NCBI RefSeq assembly: GCF_009914755.1
Contig: NC_060926.1
Length of the DNA: 64,000 nt
Reading direction: 5' to 3' (one strand)
DNA from: the human T2T-CHM13v2.0 reference genome, Homo sapiens
The notes under the pieces were generated by a model. That model saw only the letters and a program-made list of their open reading frames with translations. It was not told the DNA's origin and made no database searches. The number at the start of each line of letters is the position of its first letter. The first letter of the stretch is position 1. Made by a program: the position numbers and the translations under genes. This document shows, in pieces, positions 1 through 13,855 of this stretch.

Positions 1-117
1 ACTGGACTGTAAGCTCCTAATACAAACCCATGTCTCATTTACTGGCTCTCCAGTCTCTTCTTGGCCTCTTGAACCTGGTACCTTCTCTATTGAGGTTAGT
101 AGGAGTTTGGCACAACA
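1..117 (+). mobile_element. 3' end of an ERV1-class LTR (MER34/MER39-like), cut by the window edge
   Basis: Ends ...GGAGTTTGGCACAACA, with an LTR-type CA terminus and U5-like composition. Family is from memory. Confidence 0.5.
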
Positions 118-452
118 ATAGCATACATAACGGGATTAGAGGGGTGAAATACGGTTATGGAGTTTTGTCTAGATAATTTTTATCTAATATATACACCTTT
201 TTTGAGAAAATTGTAAGGTACTATTGGCAAAACAACCCATCTTTTGGGGATGGGGAAAGGAAAGTTAACATTTTTAGGAGAAAATAGCTTAGGAAAACTC
301 ACAACGAAAGAAATTAGAGTGAGGTTGAAGCTCTTTAGCTAACATAGTTTAATCTATTTTTCTCTTTTAAATGTGTTAGTCTATTCACATTACTTTAACT
401 TATTTTTATTGAGGATCTATTCTATTCCATGTGATGATACGAGAATGAACAA

Positions 453-511
453 CACAATATATACCTACTGTGTAGCCACAAAAATCTAAAATAAAAAAGG
501 TATTAAAAGAA
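453..511 (+). mobile_element. Extremely 5'-truncated L1 3' end
   Basis: ATACCTACTGTGTAGCCACAAAAAT...AATAAA plus an A-rich tail. Flanked by AGAATGAACAA (442-452) and AGAACGAACAA (512-522), a likely TSD. Confidence 0.5.
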
Positions 512-841
512 AGAACGAACAAGGCAGATATTGCACCTTTCCTGGAGTGTATATAGTCTACAGGGGAAAAAGTCAATGAGCATTTTCAGTCTTCATCCCA
601 TCTCCTAAAGCATTTACTTGTTGACTCTTCCTTAGAGCTAGAAATTCTTTCTTGGCTTCTGATTAACCATCCACTATTTTTTTCTGTGTACTTCTCAGGC
701 AGCTCCTTCTTATTGTTCTTCGTAGTTCCCTCCTCTACTGTCCATCCCCCTAAATATTGGTGTTGTTGAGGGCTGTGTGTCAGGCTCTTTTCTCCTTTTA
801 TCTTTTCCCAGCTGTCACTTATTTACAAGATGATTTCCCCA

Positions 842-928
842 TGTATTCGTCCATTTTCACACTGCTATAAAGAACTACCTGAGACTGGGTAATTTATAAA
901 GAAAAGAGGTTTAATTGATTCACAGTTC
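842..928 (-). mobile_element. MST (MaLR) LTR fragment
   Basis: TGTATT..TCCATTTTCACACTGCTATAAAGAACTACCTGAGACTGGGTAATTTATAAAGAAAAGAGGTTTAATTG is the typical antisense MST end. Confidence 0.8.
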
Positions 929-955
929 ATCTTGATAGAAATAATTTAGCTTCCT

Positions 956-1256
956 GGCCAGGTATGTGGCTCACACCTGTAATCCCAGCATTTTGGGAGG
1001 CCAAGGTGGGCGGATCGCTTGAGTTCAGGAGTTCAAGACAAGCCTAGGCAGCATGGCAAAACCCCATCTATACAAAAAATACAAAAATTAGCTGGGCATG
1101 GTGGCTCATGTCTTTAGTCCCAGCTGCTCGGGAGGCTTGAGGCACAAGAATCACTTGAACCCAGAAGGCAGAGGTGAGCCAACATCGCACCACTTATTCT
1201 CCAGTCTAGGTGACAGAGTAAGACTCTGTCTCAAAAACAAAAACAAACAAAAAAAA
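956..1256 (+). mobile_element. Alu (J/S)
   Basis: Dimeric Alu consensus with A-rich linker and tail. Confidence 0.95.
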
Positions 1257-1499
1257 GTCCCTAATTGTGTAAGTTTCTAGCCCCACAAAAGCCGATCCAC
1301 TCCATGACCCATCCAAGAGGAAAGACCTAAAGATAATGGCATTGGTAGTTTTCCAACCCTTCAGATAGATTAAAGTGAAGCTCAAAGTTGACAAATCTCA
1401 CCAATATCGTCAGAGTTTACAGCCAGTCTTTCAATTCCCCACTCCTAATGGAGAACAGATAATGTAGGGATACCAGGCTCTAAGTAAATCCCTCAGCAT

Positions 1500-3000
1500 G
1501 GAAGACAGAGGCCAGACAATTGGAAAATAGGGTCTAGGAGAAAATGTCAAGAGAACTTAGAAAAGAAAAAAAAGACACTCTGAGCATACATCAAGAATAA
1601 GGTGCCATAACAATTATACAGGACAAAAAATTCTTAGAAATTAACAGCATGGGAGCAGAAATGAAAAACTCAAGATTGGAAAACAAAGTTGAGAAAGTTT
1701 CCCAGAAGCAAATCAAAAGACAAAGACATGTAAAATAAGAACGAATAAAATTAAAATTAGAGGATTAGTCCAAGATATCCAGTATCTGAATAATAGGAAT
1801 TTCTGAAAGAGAGAGGAAGTCATCATCATAACAACATTTCCTAGATCTGAAAGAATGAATTTCCAAGACTGAAAATATCTGCTGAGTGACCATATTTTTG
1901 GAATAAAATAGATCCATGTAAAGGCACATCTGAGTGAAATTTCAAGACAGTGGGGACAAAGAGAAGATTCTATGAGCTTCAAAGAGAAGATTTCTATGAG
2001 CCATATAGAAAAATTCATAGTCAAATAGCCTTAGCCTTCTCAACAACTCTGGACTCTAGAACACAATAGAGATTTTATTTCAAAATTCTGCATAGAAAAT
2101 GTTTACAATTTATAATTCTACACACAGCCAAACTGTCAAGTATAAGGATATAATAAACACATTTTCAGATAAGTCTCAAAAAATTTGCCTCCTAAACATC
2201 TTTTTCTCAGCCACCAGATGTTATGCTCCATCAAAATGAAATGAGTACATTAAAGAGGAAAATGTGGGATGCAGAAAACAGGATATCCAACATAAGTGAG
2301 ATGTGGATGAAGACTCCAGAGAATAATAGAGATTTCAGTATGAAGACTGTACATTAGGTGTAGAGGTCAACCATTTCAGATTGGAGCACGATCATCATTT
2401 TTGCCTTCTGTAATTCTACTGAGTTTTTATCTTAATGAAGCTACTTGAGGATGTACTCCACCAAAAAAAAGGAGAAAACCAAGAGGAAGAGATGAGAACC
2501 AAAAAACCAGAAATCAAACTTAGGACAAAAGCCGAGGAAATTTCATAAGATGAAAGCAAAAGGAAGTCTCAGGATGACAGCTGTGCAGGGGGCCTAGGAA
2601 GCCACCAGTACTAATAGAAGAGAATGAAGGTATCAGGGAGCAAGAAAGAAATTAGCACTGATAGGCTACCTAATCGGGTAGATCTGGCAGGAAAACTACA
2701 ATGAAAGGCATTGGGAAAGTGTGGCAAAACTGAGCAAATGACAAGCACAAAGAAAATTAAGCAATTTAGTAAACAAGGCAATTAGTATAAGTTCAAGAAA
2801 AACAAAAATTTAGAAAAGCAATGTAATCAGAGTGTACCACAGTGTGTAGCTGTGAATAGTAATTACATGGGCATAATCAAATAAACATTGAATATTGGGT
2901 ATTTTATAAAACATTGAGATATGTATATTTTGGGAGGGTTAGGAGGAAGGGGAACAGATGACAGTCCAAGAGTGATCGGTCTTCATCTACCACAATGGAA
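1500..3000 (+). mobile_element. Degenerate old L1 (L1M/L1ME ORF1-region) fragments
   Basis: Strongly A-rich, with L1 ORF1-like stretches (e.g. AATTCTACACACAGCCAAACTGTCA). No intact ORF. Confidence 0.55.
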
Positions 3001-3029
3001 GCCAATAATTAATGTCAAAAGTTGATTTA

Positions 3030-3807
3030 TAGTCATTATGGAAAAACAGTATGGCAGTTTCTCAAAAAACTAAAAATAGAACTACCATATGACCCAGCAA
3101 CCCCACTACTGGGTATTTATCCAAAGGGAAGGAAATTAGTATATTGAAGAGATACCTGCACCCTCATGTTCATTGCAGCTCTATTCACTATAGTCAAGAC
3201 ATGGAATATACTTAAGTTGGTGTACATCAACTTAAGTGTACATCAACTTAAGTGTACATCAACAGATGAATGGATAAGGAAAATGTATATACACAATCAA
3301 ATACTATTCAGCCATAAAAAGAATGAAATCCTGTCAACTGAAGCAACATACCTGAACCTGGAGGACATTATGTTACGTGAAATAAATCAGGTACATAAAG
3401 ATAAATACCACATGCTGTCACTCATATGTGGGAGCTGAAAATGGAGCTCACAGAGGTAGAGAGTAGAATAAAGATTATTAGAGACTGAGAAGAGAAGGAG
3501 GGAGAGGAGGATGGGGAGAGGCTGGTTAACAGATACAAAAGTACTGTACAGCTAGATAGGAGGAATAAATTCTAGTGTTCTGCAGCACTGTGAGGTGAAT
3601 ATAGTTACCAAAAATGTACTGCATATTTTCAATAATCTAGAAGAGAGGATTTTGAATGTGCACAACACAAAGAAATGATAAATATTCAAGGTGATAGATA
3701 TGCTAACTTTCCTGATCTGATCATTGCTCATTACACACGTATCCAAATATTGCTCTGTATCCTGTGAATTTATATAATGGTGTCAACTAAAAATAAAATG
3801 GAAAAAA
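3030..3807 (+). mobile_element. L1MA 3' end (ORF2 C-terminus plus 3'UTR)
   Basis: ORF 3166-3438 reads MFIAALFTI...LEDIMLREINQ..KDKYHMLSLICGS, typical of the L1 ORF2 end and 3' region. Ends at AATAAA. Confidence 0.9.
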
Positions 3808-3892
3808 GTTAATTAATTAAAATATAGCAACGCTGGGCTCATGGCTAACACCTGTAATCCTAGCACTTTGGGAGGCCAAGGCAGGGGAACCG

Positions 3893-4921
3893 AACTAGCC
3901 GCTTTTTCATGGAGTACTATTTTGTTTTAAAGAACGACTGACAGGCAAATATTAATATTCAGACATGAGTATTTGGCAGTCATTTTCTTGAAAATGAATG
4001 AAGTAAGCCTGTCTGTCCCTTCAAGGAAAGCAACTAGAGTATTTGTGAGCAGTGATTAAACTAGAGCTTTCAAGAGGAAAATGAGAGATTTGGAAGAAAT
4101 TGTGTCCACCACCATGAACTTGACAGTGATAATTCAAGACTTTTATGATGAGATTCGAGGTAAAATAAACTGATGTGATTTTTGTTTTTGTCTAATATTA
4201 TCAACATTTGACTATCTGCATAATTAAATGAGCCATTTGCCAAAGAACCAAGGCATAATCTTATAAAATCATGCATAAATAAAAGAGCCAGTCAAATGCA
4301 AGATAGACCAATGATTTCTAATGTAACAGTTTGAAAAGTTTACTGGTAGGTTTCAGATTCCACACTGCAACTGACCTTTTAAGGAATTACCATTGACTAT
4401 GTTTTCGTATAGAATCAAAAAAGAATAGCCACAATTATCTAAAAAGGCTCATAAAATACTCCTCACTTTTCCAACTACGTATCTATAAGACTGGATTTTC
4501 TTCTTATATTTCAACAAAAAACATATCGCAACAGATTGAGTTCAGAAGCAGATATGAGAATCCACATGTATCTATTCTATCTATTCTGTTTTATCCACAT
4601 TTATTCTATCTATTCTATCAAGCAAAACATTAAGCAGATTTGCAAAATATTAAATAATGCCACTCTTCTTGCAAGCTTTTTTTATATTTTGAAAAATGTA
4701 GTTATTTTTTATAAAAATATGTTGTCTATATTAACCAATAATGGACTTATTGTTGTCATTTTAAAATCAATTTAGAAATATTTTTAAATTGTCTCTATTT
4801 TCCTTTCTAGTAAAGGATATATCAGTAGTTACCTTAGATAAACAAAAGCTCTTCATTGTCCTCTATAATTTTTAAGAGTATGAAGAGGTTTTAGACCAAA
4901 AAGTAAGTTTAGAAACCACTA
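3893..4921 (+). mobile_element. Charlie1 (hAT) DNA transposon, 3' part
   Basis: GAGTATTTGGCAG..ATTTTCTTGAAAATGAATGAAGTAAGCCTGTC matches Charlie1. Ends in TIR-like GTTTAGAAACCACT. Confidence 0.8.
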
Positions 4922-5018
4922 ACTTGAGCCTTCTGACTGCCCTTGTGGACAATGGTTACAAATATTCAGAATGTGACTCTAGGATACTAAGAGCTGCCAC
5001 CTGAAGATTTTTTAATAG

Positions 5019-5207
<189 letters not shown>

Positions 5208-5217
5208 TAATACCATA

Positions 5218-5571
5218 GGTGTTAAGTCCATTCAGGCTGCTATAACAAATTACGATAAACCGAGCAGCTTATAAACAGCAGAAATTTATTTCTCATGGTT
5301 CTGGAGACTGGGAAGTCCAAGATCAAGGTGTCAGTAGATTTGGAGTCTGATCAGGGCCTGCTTTCCAGTTCACAGATGGCATCTTCTTGCTGTGTCCTCA
5401 CATAGTTGAAGGGGTGAGGGGGTTTTTATATAAGGGCACTAATCCCATTCATGAGGGTTCCACCCTCATGATATAATCACCTCCCAAAGGATCCACCTCC
5501 TAATACCATCACCTTGGGGTTAGAATTTTAATTTTAATTTGGGAGGGACACAAACATTCAGACCATAGCAC
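5218..5571 (-). mobile_element. MLT1A0-like MaLR LTR
   Basis: GTCCATTCAGGCTGCTATAACAAA...CAAACATTCAGACCATAGCA. Confidence 0.8.
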
Positions 5572-6615
5572 TGAGTTTAAACAATTCTCCATTAACTTCC
5601 ATTTAGATTATTGGCTAATTAGTATTTGCTTAACAAAAAGCTCCTTGTCTGAATCTCAGTTTCTTCACCTGTAAAAGGGAAATAAGATTTCTTTCTTAAT
5701 CAAGGTTTAATGTTCTTACTGTAATGAAAGCAGAAGGCAATCATGCCTTGAAATATTTCCACCACAATTTAATTATTCATCTCTAGTCCCTTGCAGGATT
5801 TCTTGTCTGCTGATATTGGTAATTATCTCCTCTAGTCAAATTAAATGTGTGGTTTTTATTTTTAATTGCTCCAGGGTATTAGAAGAATTAATTAGTAAGT
5901 GTTGGCCAACTACCTTGAAGATGAAAAGCACTATGTAATTATCACCATGGGAAAAGTGCTTTCCATGCGCTTTGCTGAATTCACTACTTAGGATTATGGG
6001 ATTAAATGTTAACTTTAAGGACTTCTGGTGTGAATGTGGTAACATAGATTCAGCATCTTTCTTCTTTTTTTCTTTTTTAAATGCTACAAAAACAACAAAA
6101 AATGTAAACTTATCTTCAGCAAATTTGGGAGCAGATATAATCCATAGCCTTCAAAATATGAATCAGGGCTGCTGAGAGCAGCTAAGATTAGACAGAAGCC
6201 ATATAGGAGAAACTGGCAAAGAGCTATGAGGTTCAAGTGGCAGCAGAATCCAGAAAGCATCAGTAAACATGATTCCTAAAGTGAGGGACTCACCATGTAG
6301 TGGAAATGTGTGGCATCTTGTCAATGGATTTCGGTGAGCAGACCTGGTGGCACCCAAGTCCTCCTGGAACCTGGTTTATTTCAGAGGAGGAGCAAAAAGA
6401 TATTGGCTACACAATTTAAAAAGAGAAACCATCTGCATTGTTTTGCTAGGGCTACCATAGCAAAAGACCACAAACTGGGTGGCTTAAACAAGAAATGGAT
6501 TATCTCATAGTTCTGGCAACCTTCCTGATGAAGGTGTTTGTCGAGTTCATTTCTTTTGAGGGGTGTGAGGAAGATCTGTTCCTTTCCTTTTGTGTAGCTT
6601 AAAAAGAGTATAGGT

Positions 6616-6970
6616 TTTTTTTTTGTCTTCAACTTTTATTGTAAGTTCTGGGGTACGTGTGCAGGATGTGCAGGTTTGTTACATAGGTCAATGTGTGCCG
6701 TGGTGGTTTGCTGCACAGATCAACCCATCGCCTAGGTATTAAGCCCATCATCCGTTAGCTATTCTTCCTGATGCTCTCCCTCCCCGCAATGCCCCCCGCC
6801 CCCAACAGGCCCCAGTGTGTGTTGTTTCCTCCCTGTGTCCATGTGTTCTCATTGCTTAGCTCCCACTTTAAGTGAGAACATGCTGTGTTTGGCTTTCTGT
6901 TCCTGTGTTAATTTGCTGAGGATAATGGCTTCCAGTTCCATCTCTGTCCCTGCAAAGGACATGATCTCAT
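6616..6970 (-). mobile_element. L1PA/PB 3' end
   Basis: Poly(T) followed by TTTTATT..AAGTTCTGGGGTAC.TGTGCAGGATGTGCAGGTTTGTTACATAGG, the antisense primate L1 3'UTR. Confidence 0.92.
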
Positions 6971-8750
6971 TAAAAGGAGTACATTTTAATCAAAGTATTT
7001 ATTAGCATTGGATTCTAGACTTTCCTTTAAAAGAAGGGCAAACTAAAACACAGCTATAGACTCCAAGAAATGGGTATAATTTGGCTGTTTCTAAGTTAAT
7101 CCAAGAAGTAAATGTAACTTCATAAAAGCTCAACATGACAAAACTTTCATAGTGAAAGTGGAGTCAGATTCCTCCGAGCTGTGATAGCCATTGCCATCTC
7201 ATGAGATGGGAGGTGGATTCCGGGAAACCATCCAGGGAAGCTGGACTGATGTTTTAGTCCATGTGGGTTTCTATAGTGGAATACAATAGACCCGGTGACT
7301 AATAAACAACATTTACTTCTCACAGTTCCCTCTGGAAAGGCATCAGGGGAGGCATTTGGGAAAGCTGGCACTTTCCTTTTGCCCTTCACATCACATGATT
7401 GATTGGAAAAATGGGAAATGACAAGTGGCATCAACAAGCGGGGCAAAGAGCTAGCCCAGTCAACCTACGATGGGCCCCATTCAAGGGGCACAGAGGGACA
7501 GAGGGACAGAAGGCTGAAGACTGGCTGGCTGGGGTGCAGCGATGCTACAGAACGCCCCATGGGACTTGGCATGAATAGGAAGCGTGGCCAGGTCAGTGGG
7601 CCTCCCCTGTGATGCTCCTTTATCCAGCCCTTCACCAGGCCTGTCCCTGGGTCTCATGCCCTCTGCCATTGGCTAGAAAACTCAGCCAGTGACTGCCACC
7701 TGAGAAAGGAAGAAGAGGGATGTGGGCATAGAACAGCCACCCTCCTTGCCCTGCCCTGCCCAGCCCAGCCCACTGGGATCTGCTCTTCCTCTGAGCTCCC
7801 CAGCCTGGGCCATGGTGGTGCACAACTGCAGAGGGCACCATTCACATTCCCTGTGCGGGCAGAGTCCACGCCTGCTGCTGGGCAAGAGCACATCCGGCTG
7901 GTTTTATTCAGTATCTGGGTGTGAGTTTGTCTTACTACCTTGGCTAGACCAAACTCCTGGAGGGATGGGACATGTTTCTAAATCTTTTTATATACCAAAC
8001 CACCTAACACTAGCCCAGCTTGATAAATCTTTGCTGATGGATGGGCAACCCAGACATGGAGTCATCTGCCCTGAATTGCAGAAAACCGGGCCATTGAAGC
8101 TCACAAGAACACGTATTCTAGAGAGCTCTGCAAACCTGCTTCTGCCCAGCTTTGGCATCTGGGGTTAGCATTAGCCGTTTAGAAATGTGACCTTTTATGA
8201 CACAGGGCATCTCCCAGCAGTTGCATGATGTGACCAGGGTGGCTTTCTGCCTCTGCTACTTGTGTCAGTTTCTTCCTCCCTAAAAGGGTTCAGTAATGAG
8301 TGGGGATTTCATGAGCCATAGGCAGAACTGACTCTGCAGAGCTCGGAGTGGGGTTTGGATTAACCACAGTCATCACCACTGTTTATGCAGCTTTGCAGCC
8401 AGCCAAGGCTCAAATTTCTCCCAGAGGCCCACAATATTTCTCTGTGTGATTCTTTTGAAGCATGAGGCCTCAAACCCATACTTAAATACTTCTCCTCTAA
8501 CGTAAGCTTTGGCGTAGCTAGATGATACTTCACTGAGCCTCCCAAGCCTGCCTACCTTCCATCTGGCCACTAACACTCAGTAAGAAAACTTTGAGCACTT
8601 TCAGACACTTTCAGGGTAGACTTGTCTAAGTGCTGGGCTGCCCTGCTGGAATCAACTGGAAATGAATGTTAAAAAAAAAAAAAGAAAGAAAAAAAAGAAA
8701 GAAAGAAAAACATTGAAATAAGAAAGAAAAACATTGAAATGAGAAATAGA

Positions 8751-9089
8751 GGATATGGTTTGGCTGTGTCCCCACCCAAAACTCATCTTGAATTCCCACG
8801 TGCTATGGGAGGGACCCGGTGGGAGGTAATTGAATCATGGGGGCGGGGCTTTCCCATGCTATTCTCATCATAGTGAGTAAGTCTCATGAGATCTGATGGT
8901 TTTATAAAGGGGAGTTTCCCTGCACAAGCTCTCTTCTCTTGTCTGCTGCCATGTGAGACTGCCTTTTACCTTCTGCCACGATTGTGAGGCCTCCCCAGCC
9001 AGGTGGAACTGAAAGTCGATTAAACCTCTTCTGTAAATTGCCCAGTCTCGGGTATGTCTTTATCAGCAGCGTGATAACAAACTAATACA
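8751..9089 (+). mobile_element. THE1 (B/C-like) solo LTR
   Basis: GATATGGTTTGGCTGTGTCCCCACCCAAA...CTAATACA. Confidence 0.92.
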
Positions 9090-9447
9090 GAGGACTAGAA
9101 TTTTTAGTCATTAGCTTGTGGGATGGCCATGAACAGATTATTTCTCTGTGCTCCATGTTGCCATTTGTAAAATACAGGAGAGGAACAGGAGGAGGGTGTC
9201 CCTGCCCCACTGCCCACAGGATACCTGTCCTGAGCCATATGTCCCTCTGGGGGTAAGAACTGGGGAGGGCGGGATGGGGGAGGCGTGTGCAGAGCCTCCA
9301 GCTTTTTCCTGGCTGAGGCTGAGGTGTCACCTGTGGACACAGGTCAGAGGTAGTTAGGTTTTTCAGTGTAGAGACTGAGCTTGGAATTGTTCTCACAGCA
9401 CAGTCTCCAAGCCCTCTGGTTCCTAAACTAATTACCCAGATTAATGA

Positions 9448-9747
<300 letters not shown>

Positions 9748-10344
9748 TGAGCACTTTGCCAGGAGGTGTGGGTCTGAGTTCAGTTCCAGTTCCACCCTCA
9801 ACTCACAGAGTGAGCTTGAGTCAGTTCTTCCGCCTCTTAGGGCCTCAGTCTCCCCATCTGTGCAATGCAGGGGTAGACTAGGGAAGCCCCAGGCTCACTT
9901 CCAGGTCTGAGGTTTGAGGATCTTCTCCATTAGGCTGTTTTCTTTCCTTCCTCATCCCCTCAGTCTTCTAATTTTTTCCCCAGTCTTGCAGATGGGAGAC
10001 CAATATTCTTTTTCTGGTTGATCTTGGCTATTTCATTGATGCAGGCCATAGGTTTCCTAATGGACAATGAGAGAGTTTGACTAGGAGTGTCTACAGGTTC
10101 ACCCAGTTCTGGGGCTCTGGGCTTCCTGAAATTCCATGGTATAAAGGTGTACAGCCGGGTGGTGCCTGACGGTCTGGGCTGGGGGCCCTCCCTTCACCCC
10201 TTCATTGTAGGGGACTTACCTTCACCCTTACATCATAGGGAACTTACCTTTCAGGTGCCCCAGTTGCTGCCTCACCTACTGATCCACCAGATTTCTCAAG
10301 AGGGCCTTGGAAATGGCTTAGACAGAGGCCCATAGGCGGAATCT

Positions 10345-10740
10345 GTTGTGATGGCTTTTTAAAGTATCACCCTGATTGAGTAGCAGTCTCCATTTATTCA
10401 ATTAAACACTAATCTAAGTGTTGCTGTGAAGGTATTTTGTAGACATGATTAAAGTCCATTATCAGTTGATTTAAGTAAAATGGATTATTCTAGATCATCT
10501 GGGGCATATAATTTCTTCTTCCCTGTAGAAGAAGAAACTCTACCTGTAACAGCAGCTTCAGCCACACCCCAAAGTCCCAGCCTGCCCTTCCCTGAGGCCT
10601 GCCCTTCCCTGAGGCCTGCCCTAGGAATTTCAGACTCACCCAGCCAGCCCCCACAACTGTGGAAGCCAATTTCTTGCAAGAATCTCTTAGTGCATACCTC
10701 TTACTGGTTCTGTTTCTCTGGTTGAACCCTGACCAATATA
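10345..10740 (+). mobile_element. MLT2 (ERVL) LTR, MLT2D-like
   Basis: AAACACTAATCTAAGTGTTGCTGTGAAGGTATTTTGTAGA...CTGGTTCTGTTTCTCTGG..GAACCCTGAC. Confidence 0.8.
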
Positions 10741-12504
10741 CTGTTGGATCAGACATAGTGGGTAAGGCACACCTCTGGTCTGATCCTTAGGCTCCGTATT
10801 ATTTCTGAAAAATATGAAACACATCTCCCTAGTTCTCTAGTCCAGGCTGTAATGATCTTGACCATATGTGTCAAACATTTCCTAACTGAGCGGAATACAT
10901 TTGCCCCTACTATCCCTGCCACATTCAGGACAAGGTCAAATGAGGCTTCTGAGTGATTTTGCCTTCGGTGGGTTTTTAATACCTCACAAGTACTTGATCT
11001 TGGGATTCTTTGTACACTGAGTTTACCCCACATTGCTTTTAATGGTAGGATCTTCTAAATACTTACTACTGAGAGTGAAATATTCTACCACCCCTCACCA
11101 TTCAATTTAATAGCTACTGCTGAACATCTAAAATCAAGACAAATAACCAAGCATAACCAAGTTTGTGAGTCTCCAGGGAACTTAAAGATCCTGTGTGTGT
11201 AAGCGACAGCAACCCTGCACAATAGGAGAGTGGGCAGAGTCCTGGGCTGAAAAGGGGATCTCAGCGAGTGAAATCAAAGAAACCAGAATCCTTGGCGTTT
11301 TTGTTTTCAAGATCTCAGCTTTTCAGCATCTCTCTCTTCATCCTAAAAATAGATTTGCCAAACACCCGGACTATAATGTTTAAAAATAATAAATAATGCA
11401 GTTTCCATTGACATTTGTCCCTACTGGGTGCACAGATGATGGGCACGATATGTTAACCTCTGGTGTTTAGCTCATAAAATGGAGAATATTGTCCTCTGAA
11501 GTCCAAGAGAAGCATAACAAGCCCAGCAGACCCTTCTGCCAGGGGTTGAGGAACTAGATGTGGGCTGGTTGGGGAAGGAGGGAGTTCCAGACACCAAGAA
11601 CAATGGATGTCAGTGACAACTACATAGAAGAGGTCAAAGTCTGCCCTAGTCTTCTGCTTCCGGACAATCCCAGGCCACCAAGTTTGGGGCTTGCTGAATT
11701 ACAGAGAGCATGAGAATCTGGAAGAGGCCCCAGCCTCTCTGGCATGCAGCCATGAAAGAGGGCTGGGCCAGCGTGTTGGGGAACTGGCTCGGCCCTTGCC
11801 TGCAGAGTGTAGCTTTCCTCTCTTCTCTCGGTGCATCCATTTTCTTCTGGCCTCTGACCTGTGCTGACAGTAAGAGCTTCATAAAGCCGCTTTCTGTTGC
11901 TCATCCCAGCACCCAGCCCTGGACCTGGGCAGCTGCCAAGGGCCTGTATGGGCCTGGCAGGTGGGCATTTGCCCAGGCTGCCAAGTGGTGAGGAGTGCCC
12001 AGCCTCTTTGCTGGCATCTTGCCAAGCACTGTGGTACTGACTCATCTTTCTCTTTCACAGCTTAGGGCCAGGCAAGAAGCATTCAGTTCAGATCAGGGAA
12101 GAGCATGGGGCCCTTGGACATCCTCAGGTATCTTGCAGAGTGAGCCTCTTCTCTGGAGACTTTGCAGCAGGTCCTAGCTTTGCCTGCTCTACCCATCATG
12201 GTAACCACAGCCTGGTGTGTCTGGAAAACTGCTAGTTCAGCATGGTGCAGCTCGGATGGCCTTGGGGTGTGGTGGGCCATGAAACTGAAGGGCAGTGTGG
12301 GAGTCGGGGGCACACTCACAATATAAATTTGCAACTGGGACGATATTTTGGAAAAATATTAATGTGCTTTTTCTCTTTTACTTTTCTGAATATCTGACAT
12401 TCTCTCTATCTGCCTAAGGCATTCATTTACATGGAGAGATTAAGATTGTTCTAAAATACTTACCAAAACAACAAAAACATTATTATTCACCTTTTGACTT
12501 TCAA

Positions 12505-13650
12505 AATAAGAGTTTTATAGTTTTTTGATATATAATTGAAATACAATAAACTGAATATATTGAAAGTGTACAATCTGATGAGTTTCAACGTAAGTGAAAT
12601 GGCCATCACAATCAAAATAATGAACATATCCTCACCTCCAAAAGTTTCCTGGCTCCCCAACTCGGTTCTCAGGCAAGCACTGATTTGCTCTCTGTTACTA
12701 CAGATTAATTTGCATTTTCTAGAATTTTATATAAGTGGAATCATACAGTATTTACACATTTTGTCTGGTTTCTTTCACTCTGCATAATTATTTTCAGACT
12801 CATTTTTATTGCTGCAGGAATTGATAGTTCCCTCCTTTTTATTGCTGTGTAAAATTCCATTGTATGATACAGTGCAATTTGTTTATTTACCAGTTGATGG
12901 GCCTTTGGTTGTTTCCAGTTTTTGGCTGCTACAAATAAAGCTGCTATGAACGTTTGTGTGCATGTCTTTGTGCGGACATATGCTTTCATTTCTCTTGGGA
13001 AAATACCTAGGAGTGTAATGTCGGTGTCACCTCATAGATGTATTTTTATTGTTTTAAGAAATTGGCTGTTCCAAAAAGTAGTTGCACCATTTTATACTCC
13101 CACTAACAGGGTGAGTTCCAGTTGCTCCATATCTTCACCAACACTTAATATGGCCAGTCTATACTTTTAACCATTCTAGTAGGTGCATATAAGGTAATAT
13201 GGTTTGGATCTGTGTCCCTGCCCAAATCTCATGTTGAATTGTAGTGTTGGAAGTGGGGCCTACTGGGAAATGATTGGATCATGGGGCTGGTTTCCAACGG
13301 TTTAGCACCATCTCCTTGGTGCTGTCTTGTGATAGAGTTCTCGTGAGGTCTAGTTGTTTAAAAGTGTGTAGCACCTCCCCCTGCTTCCTCCTGCTCCAGC
13401 CATGTAAGATGTGCCTGCTTCCCCTTTGCCTTCCGCCATGATTGTAAGTTTCCTGAGGCCTCTCCAGGAGCAGATGCTGCCATGCTTCCTGTACAGCCTG
13501 CAGAATTGTCAGCCAATTAAACATAGTTTCTTTATAAATTACTCAATCTCAGGCATTTCTTTATAGTAATGCGAGAATGGACTAATACATAAGGATAGCT
13601 TATTTTGATTGCAATTTGCACTTTCCTAGTGACTAATGACACTAAGATTT
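12505..13650 (-). mobile_element. L1MB-like 3' fragment interrupted by an MST LTR
   Basis: Minus ORF 12741-12989 reads TKTCTQTFIAALFVAAKNWKQPK, matching the L1 ORF2 C-terminal region. Confidence 0.85.
13195..13589 (+). mobile_element. MSTA/B solo LTR
   Basis: TAATATGGTTTGGATCTGTGTCCC...GGACTAATACA with a 5-bp TSD TAAGG on both sides. Confidence 0.92.
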
Positions 13651-13855
13651 GTAGCAAGACATACCCAAGCTAGCCTGGCTATTGCTTGGAGGGATTTTCT
13701 AAATTCCTTTGTACTGAAGCAAAATAACACAGTGGTTAAAATATGGGCTTGGCGCGTGCATGATGACATATTTATTCATTGCAGCATTGTTTGTAATAGC
13801 AGGAAAATGAAAAAACCTGTGTCCATTAATGGACTATGTCAGATAGACTATGGTG

